64,000 bases of DNA from Pelomyxa schiedti (Eukaryota > Protista > Evosea). The stretch spans positions 1 to 64,000 of the forward strand of contig JAHLWZ010000852.1 of the NCBI GenBank assembly GCA_020536535.1. The letters are read 5' to 3'. Below, in pieces: positions 60,308 through 64,000 of this stretch (within the stretch, counting starts at the first letter, position 1; each line of letters begins with the position of its first letter). A program made the position numbers and the translations under genes. The notes beneath the pieces were generated by a model, which searched no databases, was not told the origin of the DNA, and saw only the letters and a program-made list of their open reading frames with translations.

Positions 60308-62532
60308 TTACAAATCTCTGCTGGCCAAGGGGTCTGTTGGTGGGAGGAGGTAATTTGACCACCAGGGTGTGGGATCCTCAAGAACTGACATCCATTGATG
60401 GAGCTCAGTTTCGTTCTCTTTTTGTTGATTAGTTTTAAGACTTATCTGTGGAAACACACCAACGTAAAATGCTGATTCTGCAGTCACTGTGTGGATTGTG
60501 AACTGGCACGGTTTAGCATCTTGGTTCTGGTTGTCGAATTGAATTCAATTGAAATGCCAGTGAGATTTACCTTGTCCCTTGTGATGAAGTGGTCTGTGAG
60601 TTGAAGTATACCACTAGGTGCTGCATCCTGCAGAATAAAAGAACACCTTGGGATTTATTCTTGCGGGGCTAGGGACTAAAATAAAAAAGAAAGTACCGTG
60701 TCTGTCTTGAAAATGAACAAGAAGTTGTCCTTCAATACACAATACTTTTTGCTCCACAGTCCAAGCAGTGCTGCTGTATACAGAAGTTAGGAAAAGAAAC
60801 ATAGTTGGGTCACTTGCCTTGCTTCATCATGAAACCACTTCGGGTGGCTTTCCGAGTGAGTCGTGGAGCATCTGTCTTTGAATAAACAGAGGAAGCCAAA
60901 TGCGTGGCATCTGTATAAGTTATTCACTTAACGTGTTGTAATGCACAAATAAAACACACCAACAGTTTTTGTAACTGAATCCAGAATCTTTTTAAATTTC
61001 TTTGTATTCCTCCGGTGAACGGCTTCTTTTTCTACCTTCTCTTCTTCTTCTTTTCTTTTTGTTTCACTCCTTTCTTCCATGACTTGTTGAATTTGGCTCT
61101 TTTTTTTAACTGTGAAAAGGCATCAGCAAGGAAAAAGAGTTGGGAGGTTGACCTATTTCCGTTTTTTGCTTTGAGAGTAAACCTAAGAACCTTGTTGCAG
61201 CCTCTTTAGCCAAAGCTGTTGTGGTGTCAATTGGTGTCGATGTGGCACTAGTACTTGTGGAGCTTGACTCGCGTAGATGAGCAGGCTTTGGTGGCACTGG
61301 TGGGGGTCGAGTTGGGGGTGGAGGTCCAGCAGAAAATGGATCCACAAAAAAGGGATTATCCTCCTCAAGTGTTGATGTGGGCGTTGCTTCAGTTCCAGGT
61401 GCATCAAATGGAGAGGAAGGTTGAGAAAATGGATCATCTGTTGTTGGTTGAGGTGGAGTCACAGTCGGCGTTTCCAATTCGAAGTCCAACCCATCTGGAT
61501 TTGTAACTACTGAAAGTTTATGTATTGTGACGCCAATAGTGAATGGGTTCTAAACTCCTTGAGAGTAAAACGCGATAAAAAAAAAGTGTACATGAGGATC
61601 AGATGTATTATCACGATAAACTAATTTCACATCATTCATAAAAAGTTCAAAATTATGCACAATATGAGATACAAGTCTCTGAGGAAGTGCTTGCTCTCCG
61701 GGGTTTACACCTGTGAGTATTGTATTTAAGTGAGTTGGGTTATTTGCCTTGGGTATTGGTTTCTAGTTATTACTCAAAAATAACCGGAATTCGGTAGTTT
61801 TATTGGCCCTACAGCAGCTATTCCAGTCCAAGCTCTAATTTCCTTCAGGATATCCTCTTTTCCTGATGCATCAGCAGAGCTTGAGCTTCCCCCATCCGAT
61901 GATGGTGGAGCCACATACTGTTGGAATTGTAAACAAATAAACAAAAAAAAAAAAGTTGCATTGGTAAACAGTGCCACAAGTCCCTCCATGTAATACAGAG
62001 TTGGTTAAAACCAAACCTCAGGATTCGGCTCCACAACCAACAAAACGTCATCAATCCTTGCAATTGTGGGAGTCCCCGAATTGCTCACAGCCGGAGTCGT
62101 AGCTCCCAAGTTGGTGGCCGATGATGACGATGACGTCGACGACGACGAAGCCAATGAGGAAGCTGAAGGAGGTGCAGGTGCATTTTTCTTCATCTTCTGG
62201 GCGTGAACTAGGGTATTGACAGGGATTCTGAGCCTCAGTCTCCCAAGTTTTCCCCTCACGACTCTCACGGGTGCATTTGTTGTTGGTGGTGCTGATGGCT
62301 GTGGTGGTGTTGCCGCCGTCCCATAACTGGAAGTTGCACTAGTCGCGGAGCCGCTACTGCTTCCGCCTCCGCCGCCAAAGTGCTTCTCGATGGCGCCGGG
62401 GCGCAGTTCCAAGTTGGACACGTCGACTTCGCCACGTGTGAGCCCAAAGTGGATGTCGTCCTTTCCAAGGTCGGAAATGTAATCACTCAGGAACCGAAAC
62501 ACTAATAACCGCACCACCTGCTCTATCAACAT
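60308..62532 (-). CDS. Short Chorein-N (VPS13/ATG2 N-terminal) domain protein with Pro-rich linker and C-terminal PH domain
   Basis: MLIEQVVRLLVFRFLSDYISDLGKDDIHFGLTRGEVDVSNLELRP...VRVVRGKLGRLRLRIPV...IARIDDVLLVVEP (Chorein-N). PH: SGFMMKQ/ALLGLWSKKYCVLKDNFLFIFK...PSGILQL...QFTIHT...NETELHQWMSVL; TAA at 60308-60310. Confidence 0.82.
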
Positions 62533-62708
62533 CCTCCTTATTTGAGCGTTTGTTTTTTGATTTCGAATTTTTGGAGAATTGTGGCAAAATTTTGTTTGAT
62601 TCCTTTTGGGTTTTGTATGGTTACATACAGGGTGCACTGGGCATTGTTATATGGTACAAATGACCGGAAACATGGGGCGGTGATGTGGAATATACAAATG
62701 TTGCTGTA

Positions 62709-64000
62709 TTAGGACTGGGGAAGGAACAGAGCAACCGCCGCGATTGTGGTGGATGTTAGGTAATAGTCATGCTCACAGGAATCAGGGCCGGATGATAACC
62801 TTTGTGGGATTAGGCAGGAGACTGAAAAATGATGGTAGAGGGATATTACTCGGTCGCAATGAGCAGTTCGGTGAATAAAGAAGGTACGCAGGCCTGTGCA
62901 ATTACATACTGAAACAGGCACGCCATAGTATCTCCGCAGACGGTCCGTTTGTTTGCTTTGTCCCCTTCCCATAGTTGCCCGATGAAGTTGAAAACAGCAT
63001 GTGCAGTATTCGTGACACAAGCGGCTTTCTCCGTTGGGCATGCCTTAGACTTGATACTTTTAAAGATATCAATAGCGGCTTGAAATGGCCTTAGTGTGGT
63101 TGTGACCCTCACAGTACTTGGACCCTGATTGGCTTTTTTGTATCCAATGCTACTTGGTAGAAGGCACATACCAACCAAAATTCTGGTTCCACACCAAAAT
63201 CGGAGGGTGTAGATGATTTATACCGAGCCCACAGTGCCTCGGCCGCTTTGTCAGCTTCAATACATCTCGTTTTTTGTTTCACAAATGGTAGAACTTGCCC
63301 CTGTTGAGAGGATCAATTCAGGACTGTTGATTCTCTTTCGTAATTTACCTTGCACCATGTGAAAATTTCTGTGCTCGATCTCACCAAGAGTTCGGCACGT
63401 ATTATTTCGGAAATCAAATCCTCAGAAACGGCATCACCAACGGAAAGTTGGCGTATGCACTGGTCATAGATAGTTTCTAGTACTAAATGGGCAACAGGAA
63501 AAAACTCTCAGTACTTACCGGTAGTGGTGAATAGTTTAGTTTTTAGCGATTTCATGTCTGCTAGCATTCTTATTGAATCGGAAAATTCTTTGGCAACCAT
63601 TTCAACAGGTTTACTGCTAAAGGAAATTGAGATTTATCGGAAAAAGTGGTGGGTATACCTAAAAAGTTCTTGTATGGATACGGCAAGTCTTGTACAGTAC
63701 AGGTGATGAGTAGCAATGCTTGAATTGTTGAAAAAAAGGCGCATACTCATGCAACTTACCCGGATAATAACCGTGCTTCCACGTAACAGTCTTGTGCCTT
63801 TTGCTCCAGTTCAGAAAAGGAGAGGTGCGGAAGGAGTATCAGTTCAGCCATCGGCTTATTTTTTTCGGGGAAATCGGGGATAGTTATAGTCCCACTTTGG
63901 AAGCTAATGGACTGCATGAGCTATCACCACGTATTTTAAGTGACATACTATTTGAGTTCTGCTGCAAGACTGTAAATGAGAGCGTATCGCTCCAAACTCA
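62709..64000 (-). CDS. VPS9-domain protein (putative Rab5-family GEF), 5' part outside the window
   Basis: PFQAAIDIFKSIKSKACPTEKAACV...VCGDTMACLFQYVIAQACVPSLFTEL...EHDYYLTSTTIAAV matches the VPS9 pattern (xxDx..P.L.YV...; E..YYLT...AA). Confidence 0.75.

Overview
Eukaryotic, gene-dense, intron-rich DNA. Introns are mostly about 40-90 nt GT-AG, with two GC-AG introns and several 10-15 nt micro-exons; intergenic gaps are often under 200 bp. The gene content and a DUSE-like snRNA promoter point to an amoebozoan, possibly an archamoeba such as Pelomyxa; this is inference and was not verified. I can support about 27 protein-coding genes, a U6 snRNA gene, a scrambled chromodomain-bearing Ty3/Gypsy remnant beside U6, and an XPG/EXO1-family pseudogene interrupted by a 192-bp hairpin. 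There is no CRISPR array, rRNA or convincing tRNA. The most unusual items are: (1) a ZZ-zinc-finger carboxylic-acid-reductase-like A-T-R enzyme; (2) an Fe-S-staple RecB/Cas4-type nuclease fused to an SF1 helicase, with bacterial TM0106-like architecture; (3) a membrane-traffic neighbourhood of two N-acylated CAAX-less Rab-like paralogs, a miniature Chorein-N/PH protein and a VPS9 GEF; (4) a non-permuted Rab fused to a cpRas-type ZnF-VWA module; (5) a cytosolic TKL kinase with ankyrin repeats and two H-type-lectin-like modules. All gene models were spliced by eye, so exon boundaries and gene ends are approximate and no database search was run.
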